A stretch of 63,909 nucleotides of DNA, filler included, from Conidiobolus incongruus B7586 (Eukaryota), in the NCBI GenBank assembly GCA_000697335.1. It is 8 parts of 8 records of this genome, joined end to end, with 100 filler letters (N's around TTAATTAATTAA, not from the genome) between each part and the next. Parts side by side here need not be neighbours in the genome. Positions count along the whole stretch, not along the records: positions 1 to 9,917 come from JNEM01006314.1; positions 10,018 to 24,548 come from JNEM01006315.1; 6 more parts are not named here. The stretch is one strand, 5' to 3'. Position 1 is the stretch's first letter. Every line of letters starts with the position of its first letter. The notes beneath the pieces are model-generated. The model had not been told where the DNA came from. It worked only from the letters and a program-made list of their open reading frames with translations, and did not search any database. The translations under genes were made by a program, and so were the position numbers. Positions 1-12,508 of the stretch are shown here, piece after piece.

Positions 1-328
1 GGATCGGGAGGTCCGCTCGCCTTTCAATTTTAACCGTCCGTCAAGATTCCAGATGTAATCCACTCACAAATATCAGGAACAACCCTTGCACAATGGAAAA
101 TTCCAGACTATAGCAGAAGCTGGAGCCTCAACACATTGGCCAAGTATCAACCACACTATAAAATAGTCACTGGACAGATATTTGCTGAGGAATCACTTCG
201 ATCAGGGCCAAGCCCTAGATCTTGCTATTTTAATAAAACTCCTCTAAAGTATCTAGTTAGCCATCTTTGGCCCGTTTCATCGAGCTCACGTGATCTTTAT
301 CGCAAGACTACTTTCCAGAAGCCTTGCA
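1..328 (+). mobile_element. Probable LTR (solo or 3' LTR), cut by the window start
   Basis: GC-elevated block with TATAAAA (~157) and AATAAA (231), ending ...GCCTTGCA at 328 before AT-rich sequence. Resembles the other solo LTRs; the left end and TSD are not visible. Confidence 0.4.
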
Positions 329-372
329 ATATATATATTTGATACTTAATTTATCCCTTTTCCAAGCAATGT

Positions 373-1314
373 TTAAAAATCAAAAATTGATTTTAATATA
401 GATTTACACCTAGCTTTGCATCGTACCAACAAGAATAAGAATTCGTTGTTAACTTCAGGTTGGAATGATACAGTTATTAAAGGATTCAAGCATACGGAAG
501 AGTTAATCAAGAAAAGTATGATCCCATCTAATAATGGTGTTCTCTTAAACCCAATGGCAAATTTTAAAATCATAGTAATATAAGATAGCATAAAAAGACA
601 GTTATAAATTATAAATACCATTGTAAGTTGTATAATTAGTTTGATTTTCTGATTCCTTATCATTCGCAAGCATATGCTATCTTCATTATACCTCGCCTCT
701 TGTTTCATTATATTCAACTGTTTATTACATTTCCATCCCACGGCAAAATAGCAGAATGTGGTGGTCCAACAAGGAAGTAAAAAGGTAGACGAAGTGATTA
801 GCATCATTTTAATGGAGAAAGAGTCTGATCCAAGATATGGAAGACACTGAACATATGATACGGTTGGCTTGTAGTCATTAATGATTGCCCCATACAAGAA
901 TATAGTTACAGAAGGAACTGCGCCCAATATCATCAGTCCGATCCAAAATTTAAGCCCGCGTTCAAACTTATAAAAAATCATCATATATCTCAAAATTGAT
1001 AATACAGTAACTACTAATATTTCCAGCCTGAAAAATATCTGCATCACAAAACCAAATATTTGACAACGAAGTGGATTTGTTAAATAGGTATATCCGTATA
1101 CTAATTCTAAAATTGTTAATAGTATCATATCGCTTCCTTCTGCGATTTCAAATAAACAAAGTGCTAAAATTAATATAATTTCAGTTGTATTTGTATCGCA
1201 CTTTTTAATAATCAAATAGATCAAAATTACATTTAAACTAATGTTAAATAATGAAGATATACCTAATAATATATTAAAGACCCTGTGAACGAAGGTTATA
1301 TTAGCCTCATCCAT
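373..1314 (-). CDS. Class A (rhodopsin-like) 7TM GPCR-like protein, 313 aa
   Basis: Seven hydrophobic segments, TM3 Cys (RCQIFGF), LRY at the DRY position, ECL2 Cys (SYVQC), TM7 NPLIT. The first ATG is at 1314; the track start at 1326 is TTG. Intronless. Confidence 0.85.
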   Translation of the reverse strand: MDEANITFVHRVFNILLGISSLFNISLNVILIYLIIKKCDTNTTEIILILALCLFEIAEGSDMILLTILELVYGYTYLTNPLRCQIFGFVMQIFFRLEILVVTVLSILRYMMIFYKFERGLKFWIGLMILGAVPSVTIFLYGAIINDYKPTVSYVQCLPYLGSDSFSIKMMLITSSTFLLPCWTTTFCYFAVGWKCNKQLNIMKQEARYNEDSICLRMIRNQKIKLIIQLTMVFIIYNCLFMLSYITMILKFAIGFKRTPLLDGIILFLINSSVCLNPLITVSFQPEVNNEFLFLLVRCKARCKSILKSIFDF

Positions 1315-1528
1315 TTTTAGATACAATTTTTAAGTTTATAATTCATTGTTGTGAGATTAATAACGTTCTCTTCTTCCTCATATATTTATATTATATACTA
1401 ATTTAATTGAATTCAGTTAAAATTAATTAATATTACAAAATTAAGTTTTAAAAAGCTTTACTATTGCCACTATAATCAACAAATCATATTTAAAATTCAA
1501 ACGATTTTCAAACATTAATCAATAATTT

Positions 1529-1985
1529 TGTTGCCTCAATTAACAACTAAAGTCCGATTTCCGCTACCGTTTGACGGACGGAGTCTCCAAATAGGTGAGC
1601 ACTTTTCCCACTATATGGGGACCAGCAGCCACAAGCTGGGTAGCCAAACGAACCTTGACCACTTCATCGTATGGAGTCACTCTAGGATCTACTAGAGCTA
1701 AGTCGGACATTGTGCCTGGATCAACTTAACAAAAATAAACACATCTCCATTTAAACGAATCGAGCAACTGTTGGTTGCCTAATTTGTTAGTAGTCAATTT
1801 GTCCTCTTCTATCATTGAATTTATATAAGTTTTTATAGTCCTTAGCAGATTCATTCTTGACAGGGTTAGATAGATCTCGTGCTAGTGGCTGTTCGGGACT
1901 AAGCGGGGGGACTCACTCAATAGTATAACCACTTATTCGAGGGACTTGTGAAATTTAAAGTCGGTCAGTCACTCGATTGTTGACA
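1529..1985 (-). mobile_element. Solo LTR, family A copy 1 (457 bp)
   Basis: TGT...ACA ends, 5-bp TSD AATTT (1524-1528 / 1986-1990), colinear with 6171-6629. Strand inferred from a TATA-like TATAAAAACTTATATAAA on the minus strand. Confidence 0.9.
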
Positions 1986-3420
1986 AATTTAATAAAAGTC
2001 TGAAATAAATTTATGAAAATATTTTTATATGCCTTAATTATATATATAATTATAAAATATATATTTATTGTGATTTTTATCAATTGTATTTTAAATGAAA
2101 TCCAAATTAACTTTATTAATAGATCAATCGATTAATTTTAGTATTCATATTTAGATTAGTGTCAGGAAATAATAAAAGTTATATATATTAAAATCTCTTA
2201 TCGATCAAATATTATAGATATTTGTTATATTTAAATAATGGAGAATTATCGTATATTGTTTAATAGAACCAGTATTATATATTATTATAGGTGAATATTT
2301 TATTAAATATAAAATTTATTTTTATATATAAAGTATCTGTTTGATATGATAAATTGATAAAATTATTAATAAAATTTCCTCGAGCTTGACTGATTTGTAT
2401 ATTTCAACTTTTATTCGCTAATAAATTAGATATAGAATAGTTGTTTTTCTTGTTATTTATGAATATCGATATTTTATTTGAATAATTAAATAAAATATAT
2501 ACTGATACTTTAACTAATAAGCAATAACATAATTTTATATGTAATAAATGACTTAATTTTTGATCATTAAAACAATCACATAAGAACATTTATAAATTGA
2601 ATATTCTAAACAAAACTTCTGAAACAATAACAACTTAGATGAAAATAATATTTTTATCAATTTGACCAATATTAATCATTATGTATTTGTGTTCTAAAAG
2701 GGTTATATATTGTCAAAAGATCAATTTTATATTTTTTCAAATTTTAATAATAAATGAATTCATTTTTATTATTTTCAATTACTCTATTACAAAACCCAAA
2801 ATAATAGGTTATATTAGAAAATTTTGTAGTATTTTCATTTAATAATTATAATTATAAAAAGAATAATGATTTGAAAGAAATAAATTCATAAAAATAATTT
2901 CAATGGTTATCTCTAATTGTACTATAAAATAATCAAGACCAGGTATAATTGATATTATATAAATATAGTTTTTTCGTTTTATAAAATTTATATTTTATAA
3001 ATTAATTCTTACTTATAAAAGAAAAAAATAGGTTTGATTTTCAAATTGATTTATTTATTATTTGTTTGAACTAAAAATTATCATAGTCAAAATTCTTCTT
3101 TTAAAATAAGGTAATTTAGTTGAGATTAATAATTATTTGAAAACTTATTTCAAGTCACTTGACATACAAGAATATTTTATATAATGTCATTTCTAAGCTG
3201 TCTAATAATAATTTACTTTTTTATCAGCAAATTTAATTAAAAATTACTTTTCAAAACTCTACTTTCATCATCATAATAATAATAATAATAAAATAAGAAT
3301 GTGATTAGTTATAAAAAATATGATTTTTTGTAAGATAAATAATAAACTATAATAGTTGTGTAATAGCTAAATTTATATCAAAAAGTTTAGTGAAATTTTG
3401 TTTAAATAAAAGTTGCAACT

Positions 3421-4371
3421 TTATCTAGAGCTACAACTAAACAATCTCATAAATATATGCTTACATTTGACTCTAATATGTAATAACAACACCAAAAATT
3501 CGCTATTGACCTCGGGTTGAAAATTAATTGTCATGATTGGATTCACAGCTATAGTGATATTAATCATAATAAATACTAAAATATCTAGTAAAGGTGTTCG
3601 CTTAAAATCCACAGTGATTCTCATAATAGTTGTAACGTAAGATAGCATAAAATTCGCGTTATATACAATAAATACGCACATCAATTGTAAAATTAGTTTC
3701 CACTTTTGAGATTTGATAGAGTTCAACATATCTTGGTCTTGAGAGTGATCCGCCATTAGCTTCATCATATTTAAATTTTTGTTCGCTTTCCAACCAATAG
3801 CGAAATAGCAATAAGTGACAATCCAGCATGATATTGCGTAAGAAAACGGTATCACCATAACCATAATTTTGGGAGAATTCGGGGTTAAAAAAGCTTGACA
3901 ATTGCAATATGATACTGTAGGTCTTGCATCTAACTTTACTAAACCATATAGAAATATCACAGTCATAGGTAAACATTCTACAACTAATAGTATACTCCAA
4001 AATAGCAAACTTTTCTCCTTTTGATGGCATACTATTAAATATCTTAATAGCGCTAAAACACTAACAGTAATCATTTCCAATCGACTTGACCATTGAAATA
4101 CAAACCCATAGAAGTAGCATTGGATAGTTCCTTGATCGAGGAAATGATATCCATAGACTAATTTTAATGTGTGTAAAATAAACATATTAATCCCCATCAG
4201 TAATTCAATCCAGCACAAAAATAAGGTCAATTTAATCTCAGTAGTTTTGGTAGTAAATCTAGAGTACAATAAATAACCCAATAAAATATTCAAGCCAATC
4301 ATAAATATTGATAAAAACAAAACTATAGAATTAGCTACAATATTTAGCACAGTTAATTCATCATGAGCCAT
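3421..4371 (-). CDS. Class A (rhodopsin-like) 7TM GPCR-like protein, 316 aa; paralog of 373-1314
   Basis: Same layout: QCYFYGF, LLRY, PTVSYCNC, KRTPLLD, NPIMT, FQPEVN. Confidence 0.85.
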   Translation of the reverse strand: MAHDELTVLNIVANSIVLFLSIFMIGLNILLGYLLYSRFTTKTTEIKLTLFLCWIELLMGINMFILHTLKLVYGYHFLDQGTIQCYFYGFVFQWSSRLEMITVSVLALLRYLIVCHQKEKSLLFWSILLVVECLPMTVIFLYGLVKLDARPTVSYCNCQAFLTPNSPKIMVMVIPFSYAISCWIVTYCYFAIGWKANKNLNMMKLMADHSQDQDMLNSIKSQKWKLILQLMCVFIVYNANFMLSYVTTIMRITVDFKRTPLLDILVFIMINITIAVNPIMTINFQPEVNSEFLVLLLHIRVKCKHIFMRLFSCSSR

Positions 4372-6170
4372 TTTCTTAAAATATATAATTCAAATATTAT
4401 TTCAATTCCAATATCAATACTCATCCTTAATTTATATCTTTCATTGAATTTATATTTTGTCATTGTGTTTGTTATTAAATGAAATACTCAGATTCATATT
4501 GTAATGAATTTGTTCAAAGTAGATCTAAGCCTCTTTGATTGATTAATTTTAATAATTAAATATACAAATATGTTGATTATTGAGTTTTAAAAGACCAAAA
4601 GAAATTATAATAATTATAATAATTATAATAAAAGTTGAGTTTAAAATTCCATAAGTAAAAAATTTTCCTTAAAAAATATTCAAGTTGAAAACACATAATA
4701 TAGAATTAAAAAATTTAATTATTCATAATATTATCAAATACTGTAATATAAATTTAAAAGATATATCTGAGATGTAATTTTGTCTAAAAGAATAATAAAT
4801 AGTAGTGAATTCAAAAGAAAGCTAGTTAAATCAGTATATTGAAGTTTTAATATTAAACTATTGTTCAAATTTGCCAAAACGAGACCTATTAAATGATTAT
4901 TTATATATTTGAAATGAATTGTATTAATCATTAACACTAATTCTTTTCAAAATCATACAGATTTTATGATATCAATATTTATTATAGATAATTATAATTC
5001 AAACTTGTTGTATTTTGAATTTAATTTAAATTATAATTCAAAAAATAATATATACATTCAAATGAATTAATATATTCATATAAATAAACGTGACATTAAA
5101 TGAATTATTAAAATCAAAAAATGAATTAATATAAAAAGTTTTAATTATATCATAATAATTATTTTACCTGATTATATATAAAATTTGATTTTAATTCCAT
5201 TTGCATTTTTATTTATTAATGGTTCATACTTTTTTAATTTTATTTAATATTAAAAATTCCTATATTGTATTTTAACAGAAATCTTAATATCTTAAATATT
5301 ATATTGATTAATGAAATATTTTTCGTAAATATTATCAAGTTCAATAATCTTATAAAATCAAAAAAATCCCTTTTTTTCATTAATATTAATTATGTATAGT
5401 ATTTTAATAGAATTCATTAAAATTGTTATATAAAGAAAAATGTTAAAATTAATAACTAGAACAGTAGAGTATAAAAAAGTTATAGTGACTAGCATTTATA
5501 CTAATGTCATACTTAGTTATTTAAGGGAAATATATTTTTAACATTGATAAAATATATTCTATATATTATTACTTTCAAAAGGATTTTAATCATTTATAAA
5601 TAGATCCTATCAAGAAAAGATATGTTGAATGCCAAATATTTCAATATTTTAAGATTGTTTATTTTACAATTTTATTTGATAAATAAATAAAATATATATT
5701 GATTTTATTTGCTTGATTAAAATAGGATTTGATAAATATTATGTATTATATATATTTATTTAAGAAAAGAACTAAAAAAATAGTATTAATATAAACAATC
5801 TAAACAATATTTCACTTTCCAAAATCTATTATGTAATCATCCTAGTATAATTAAATAATGAAATACCTCATTATTTAAATATTCGGTTGATATTATCACA
5901 AATAAGAGTTATTATAATTTTGAGCAAGTATTATTAAACATGATATGGTATGATTTAAACAGCTTGAAATTTTTTAAATGTATCAGAGTTATAGAATTGA
6001 CTTACTTTTTCTAAAATTAAACACTCGATGTTTTCATCAATTGATTTTTCCTTGTTATGAACAAAAACAAATTGTTCATGAATTATGACTTATTAATCAT
6101 TCAAAACTGGGAATAGCTTTTCACTGTTCAACGAATTTGGAAATCAAATTCTCATTTCAAAGATATATAA

Positions 6171-6629
6171 TATTGCCTAAATTAACAACAACAGTCCGAT
6201 TTCCACTACCGTTTTGACGAGCGGAGTCTCCAAATAGGTGAGCACTTTTCCCACTATATGGGGAGCAGCAGCCACAAGCTGGGTAGACAAACGAACCTTG
6301 ACCACTTCATCGTATGGAGTCACTTTAGGATCTACTAGAGCTAAGTCGGACATTGTGTCCGGATCAGTTTCACCCAAATTAATAAGTCTCAAATTAAATG
6401 AAACGAACAATCATTAGTTGCTTTATTTGATGGTAAATAATTTGTTCTGTTTTATTAGTGAGCTTATATAAGTTTTTATAGTCCTTAGCAGATTCATTCT
6501 TGACAGGATTAGGTGGATCTCGTGCTAGTGGCTGTTCAGGACTAAGCGGGGGGACTCACTCAATAGTATAACCACTTATTCGAGGGACTTGTGAAAATTT
6601 AAAGTCGGTCAGTCACTCAGTTAGTGACA
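6171..6629 (-). mobile_element. Solo LTR, family A copy 2 (459 bp)
   Basis: Homologous to 1529-1985 in the same orientation, with its own 5-bp TSD TATAA (6166-6170 / 6630-6634). The left TG has mutated to TA. Confidence 0.9.
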
Positions 6630-7142
6630 TATAATGGGAATTATTTATTGTGAAATAGAGATTTGAGTTATGAAATTATCAAATATACTTTAAATGATAT
6701 TTGAATACATTACCTCAAAATCTCTGATATAAAAGTAAAAGTCTTGATTAATCCTAATACTGATAATAATTCTCATTCTAATATTAATATATCAATATAT
6801 TTTAATTTCACAATTGGTATTATTTAATTTTAAATTACACAATATATAATAGAAGTTGAAATATGACTTTTAAGTAAGAATTGAACACAGAAAATCCATA
6901 ATGTTTATTGATACGCGATTTTATCAAAATATTAATTATGTATTTTGGCAATGGGATAATGTTAAAGATAAATATATATATTTAAATTAAATTCCTATTA
7001 AGAATATCAAAAATCAACTCTCTACCTCAGATTAGAAATTAATTGTCATCACTAGATTCAAGCTTATAGTAATATTGATCAAAATAAGCATTAAAGAAGT
7101 GTCGAGTAAAAGAATATTTCTATATTAAAAAGCGATTTTCAA

Positions 7143-7369
7143 CATTGAGTTTTATAATAATTTTTTAAATAAAAATGGTTGTTAGCAAAGTAATTGTAAT
7201 ACGATTTAGTAAATAATTTATTAATAAGCTTATTTAAATAGTTAATTCAGTGAATGATATACTAACAAGGAATTTCCTTTAATTATACACTAACACAGCA
7301 AGCTTCAATTAGAAATAATATTTTTATAACTATCAAATCAAGATGGATGGTTAATTTTGAAATACAACA
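7143..7369 (-). mobile_element. Degenerate, internally deleted solo LTR, family B
   Basis: Reverse complement begins TGTTGTATTTCAAAATTAA and contains ATTTACTAAATC, matching 14165, 27171 and 38249. Confidence 0.65.
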
Positions 7370-7802
7370 ATAAACAAATTTTGTATTAAATTAATCAGTC
7401 TTGTCAAGTTATTATTGATTATATAATCTATTAATTTTTAAATTTAAAAATTCAAAATATGAAATAAAAATTTAAATTTCATAAAGACATTCAATTATCA
7501 TATTAATATTAATATATACTATATAGAATGAATAAATATTATAATTTGAAGAATAATATTCTATTTATATACTAAAATGAATATAATATAGCTATAAAAT
7601 ATAATCACTGGTAAAATTACAAAATTAAATTAAATAATATTATTAATATATAAATAAAGAAAAAAAATTTATAATATAAAATTAACTCGTTTTTATTATA
7701 AATGATCCTTTAGTATAATCTTAATAAGTTAGAATTTTATTAAAAAAAATTTTTATTCAAATCTAATATTTGATATATTTAAATTAATTCAATTTGTTTA
7801 TA

Positions 7803-8682
7803 TATTGTCCAATAAAGGTAAGTTATAAAATCAAAAATACTAATATTTTTATTAATAACTTAATCAATACTTAATAAAATAATCCCAATTTGAATAATTA
7901 AAATTATATATATTTATTAATATTAATAATTATTAAATAATTATATTTTATTATTAATTGGCTGAGATATCAATCCACTAATTTTTTTAAGTTAAATTAT
8001 AAATTTATATATTTTTGATGATAAAAAGAATTAAAACTTAGTGTATCTACCTTTAGTTTTTCTAACTTCTTTAAGTTTATAAGGTATAGAATCTACTAAC
8101 TACTTATGTTAACAAAGATTAATATTATTTTACTTTTCTTAAATATATTTTTAAAGTTAATTTAAATCATCTGTTAAAGGGAAAATTGTAATAGCTTTTT
8201 TTAACTAATTTTACAGTTATTTAATTAGATTAAGGTTAAAAAATTAAAAAAAATACTTTATAATTATTATTTTATTATTTTTAAGCTATTTTGTAATAAG
8301 AGTTATAAAATAATAAAAGGTATTGTCTTATTAGAAAATTATATTAAATCTGTTTAACTTATATTATTCAGTGGTTTTTTTAGTTTATTCTTTAATATAT
8401 TTTAATATATCTTAATATTAATTCCCTTATTAACTTTATAAAGATACTTTACATCTAAAAATAACATATATCCTTAAATAATAATTAACCTATAATTATA
8501 TTTATAAGTAAAATTAATATAATAGTTATAAAGAATTTTTATTTTTTTTAAAATATCTAGCTTTTTTATTAAATTTACTAAAATGTATTTTTGTTTTATA
8601 AAATTGAAAAAACTTGTATTTATTAGTTATAGTCTGATATTAGTAATAACATTTATATTCTTATTTGACTTTATAATATTAG
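7803..8682 (-). mobile_element. Hypermutated Tc1-family transposon, copy A (one TIR plus C-terminal half of the transposase)
   Basis: TA followed by TIR-like TATTGTCCAATAAAGGTAAGTTATAAAATC. Minus strand ends ...KEVRKTKGRYTKF* (stop 8031-8033). Homologous to 24749-26311 and 60922-62242; ends where the mariner starts. Confidence 0.8.
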
Positions 8683-9917
8683 TATAGAAATTAAGAAATG
8701 GGAAATTTTTTAATTTCTGATCTTTCAAATATATTATATATTTTGAAAAATTATATATATATATATATATATATTCAAATTTAATTATTTTTTTATTAAA
8801 ATATTTTGATTTTAAAATTTATGCTTAAATTTAATCATACTTAAATTAGATTATGATTATCAAAAGGCTTTTATTTTTATATCTTTAAAGCTTAACTATA
8901 AACCCTTTAAAATCATTTAAAACTTATAAACAGCTTATAAAGATAGAGTTTTATCTAAAACTACCATATATTGCTGGATTTGTGATTTTAAAGCTAGAAA
9001 GGATATTATTTAAAATTTACTAAAATCTAAAAGATTAATTTCTATTATTATTATTCTTTTACTTACCAATAAAATAAAATAATATATTAAAAAATACCTT
9101 TTTATTTCTGTTAAAGAACTATTAAAGCAATTTAATAATAATTATATAAGTATGTTACATTTACTTAATTTTAAACTTAGATTAATTAATAAAAATGTAA
9201 AATAGATACTATATAATTTAACAGAAATTTAGAAAAAAACTAGAATAGCTATAGCTAAACTAAACTTATTAAGGTATAACCAAAAACAAAAGTTCTTATA
9301 ATAAATACTTATAATTAATGAATCTTAGATTCCTTTATATAATCCTTTGTTTAAAAATAAAACAAGATGTTAAGTTAAGCTAAATTAATCCCCTCTAAAA
9401 ATTTTAATAAATAAGTACTTTAAATATAAGCAAATGTTAATTGTTATAATAGATTATTATAGTATATAATTTCTTATTTAATATCTCAAGGAAAATCAAT
9501 TAATAGTCAGTTTTATATTAGTTTTTTAAATAAAATAATTTCTAAATGGTATTTTTAATATAAATTAAAGATACCTATTATTTTGCATAATAATTGCAAA
9601 ATACATAAAGCTAAAGCTATAAAAGATTTATTATATAAAAAAATTAGAGGGAGTTATCATATCTAGTATATTTACCTGATTATAACCTATGTGATTATTA
9701 TTGTTTTAAATAATTAAAAAAATAGCTTGCAGGAAAAAAAATTCTTGCAAACAAATTAAATTGGTTTGTAAAATATCATATTTCAGTTTTTAATAAAAAG
9801 AACTATTTTTTAATTATTAGAAGCTTATTAAAAATATAGAAAAGAGTCATTAATAATAAAAAAGGCTATTAATTTTATATTATTCATTAATTTTTATATA
9901 TTATTTATTAATTTATT
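8683..9917 (+). mobile_element. Hypermutated mariner (DD34D) transposon, copy 1
   Basis: Relic motifs LSKTTIYCWICDFK (HTH), K*ILYNL (WVPHEL-type), INES* (DESW), LHNNCKIHKA (HDN), YLPDYNLCDYYCF (YSPDLAPSD-type). 34 residues lie between the second and third Asp after one 1-bp correction. Runs into the gap. Confidence 0.85.
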
Positions 9918-10017
9918 NNNNNNNNNNNNNNNNNNNNNNNNNNNNNNNNNNNNNNNNNNNNTTAATTAATTAANNNNNNNNNNNNNNNNNNNNNNNNNNN
10001 NNNNNNNNNNNNNNNNN
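9918..10017. other. Assembly gap with six-frame stop linker
   Basis: 44 N + TTAATTAATTAA + 44 N. Confidence 0.98.
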
Positions 10018-10018
10018 T

Positions 10019-10429
10019 TATAAGGTTGTTTTCACTGGTCACAGTTTAGGAGGAGCTGTTGCAACCCTACATGCAGTTGATATGGCTGCTAAGATCAAAG
10101 AAAAAGGTTTCAATGTTGAATTGTACGCCTACCACTCTCCTCGTGTTGGTAACATGGCATTTGTCAATCATGCTATTAGCTTGGACTTCCCCATTGCTAG
10201 ATACACCAATAAGGGTGATTTAGTCAGTCATGCATTCCCTCGTCAATATGACTACGTTCATGTTCCTGGAGAATTCCACACAGATTTCTCAGATTTATTA
10301 GGTAAGAACTTCCGTCAATGCAAACAAGACCATGATGAAGATCCTGAGTGTGGCTGGAAAGAATGGAAGAACATTTGGTTACCTGATCATGCTTTTGGCT
10401 TTGGTAGAGTTGTCAACTTCTTTTGTTAA
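10019..10429 (+). CDS. Class 3 lipase, C-terminal part (5' part lost in the gap)
   Basis: Open from the gap edge: YKVVFTGHSLGGAVATLHAVD...GDLVSH...LPDHAFG. Paralog of the three full lipases. Confidence 0.85.
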   Translation, partial: YKVVFTGHSLGGAVATLHAVDMAAKIKEKGFNVELYAYHSPRVGNMAFVNHAISLDFPIARYTNKGDLVSHAFPRQYDYVHVPGEFHTDFSDLLGKNFRQCKQDHDEDPECGWKEWKNIWLPDHAFGFGRVVNFFC

Positions 10430-12508
10430 TTTTTCAAAACCATTTAATTAATTTAATAAACTTGTATTTAGTATATGTATCTAGATATATATTCGTAGTT
10501 ACTTTTACCAATTCTATTATTAAAATGCTTAATTATGTTTTATGAAAAAAAATAATTTTAAACATTTAATTATTTATTTTGGAATTTTATTCTTAGTTTA
10601 ATATATACATCCCTTAATTATTTTTTCATAGTTTTTATTTAGAGTTGCACTTAAAACAACAATATTCTGACGAGAACATATTCAAGTTATTTAGAGGTTT
10701 CTTATTATATTTATACTCAATTGATATTTGTATGAATAATAAATCTGAATAATATTCATAATTCAAATAACATATTTATAAATTAATATTTTATAGGAAT
10801 TGTGTGTTTAAATATATTCACTAAAATGATTAATAAAATATTATAAAATATTTCCAAAAATATTGAATAATATTTGCATTAAGGTTATTTAAACTATACT
10901 ATTATTTAATAAATGAGTGATAGTGTAATATTATATTGAGTTATATATTTGCGTGGAAAATAAATATCAAAAATTTATCAAATCCTAATTTAACACATAT
11001 TAATTTAATATTATTATGATATATGAATATGATATAATAACCAAGTTGATCTTTTTGGATTTATATATTGATTTCTCTCCCTATTAAATATTTTTTAATA
11101 CAATATTGATCATCAAATGTGATTGAATTGAATATTGTATAATCAGATACAAATTAAATACATTTTTCACAATTTTGTATGAAAGTAAAGCTATTGTAAT
11201 AATATAATTCAACAAATACAATATTTTAATTAATAGATCGCATTTTATATTAATACCTTAATTAATTATATTTTTATATTTTAATTATATATATTATAAT
11301 TTTCAATTTTAATGTTTACATTGTAACATGGATAATCGAAATTATATATTTTAAAATAATGTATTGTTTATTTTCATAGCCAGTATAATTTAATTCTATA
11401 CAGTTATACTTTATATAATATAGAAATTTTTCATATATTATATCAATGGATACTATTCACTATAAATATATATGGTAAATTATTACTTCAAAGTTATCTG
11501 ATTTATCAAGGAATTTATTTGATGTAAGATATGCTTTTTTAATATAGATATTTTTTTGAATTAAAATAGTGAAAAGATTAAATAAAAGTATCAAAATAAT
11601 AAATGGAAAATATATGGAAATATTATATTGATAAATATTATATATTGAAATCTATCACAACAATCTTTGATAATGGGATAAAAAATAAATTTATTAATTT
11701 TTTTAAATAGTTAGTACCAATACTTAATTGAATAGGTCCAATCAAATTTATTTAAATGCTGATTGTGGAATTTTTTATTATTATTAAAAATATTTTTTCA
11801 TAAAGTTTATAAGTATTAAAAACATTCTAAAGCGTTAAAAGTTGAATATTTTACACTGTTTATATAATTTTGAATTTTTTTCATATTAATTTTGATTTGA
11901 GTAAAATTATAATATTAAAAAATTTATCAATTATCATTTTTCTTAATAATATTATTAAAATGTTTAATCATTAAAATTTAAGTTTTTAAAATTATATTGG
12001 AGTATTATGTAATTTTATACTTTTCATCAAATAATATTTATAAAATTGTTACAATTTTATATTATTTTCCTCTAAATTAGCAAATTCAAGTAAAAAAGTA
12101 ATTAAATTACTTACTTTAGATATTAAAAAAATATAACTATTGTATATTATTAATTTTACGAAAATTAAACTATATCAACAAGTAATAATGATATTAAAAA
12201 TGAAAAACATAATGATAAATATCAGTTATATTTAAATATGAATTTCTAACTTATATATATATATATATAGGAAAGGTTTTAATTTGTAATGTTCAAAGGT
12301 TTTCTTAACTAAAATCAATATATAAATGAATTCCGAATATACAATATTTGATTTGTCTTATATCATTTTAGAACAAGTAAAGAGAAATTGATCCAAACTC
12401 ATAATAATTTATGACCATCATATTAATTTCATTAGATATAAATTAAAAATATTTAAAGTTAATAAAAAAATAAACTTTTAAAACATGTTCATCAAAGTGA
12501 ATAATATA

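Noticed and set aside
1529..6629. Two family A LTRs as the ends of one retrotransposon that captured the GPCR gene
   Set aside because: Each LTR has its own TSD (AATTT and TATAA), so they are independent solo insertions.
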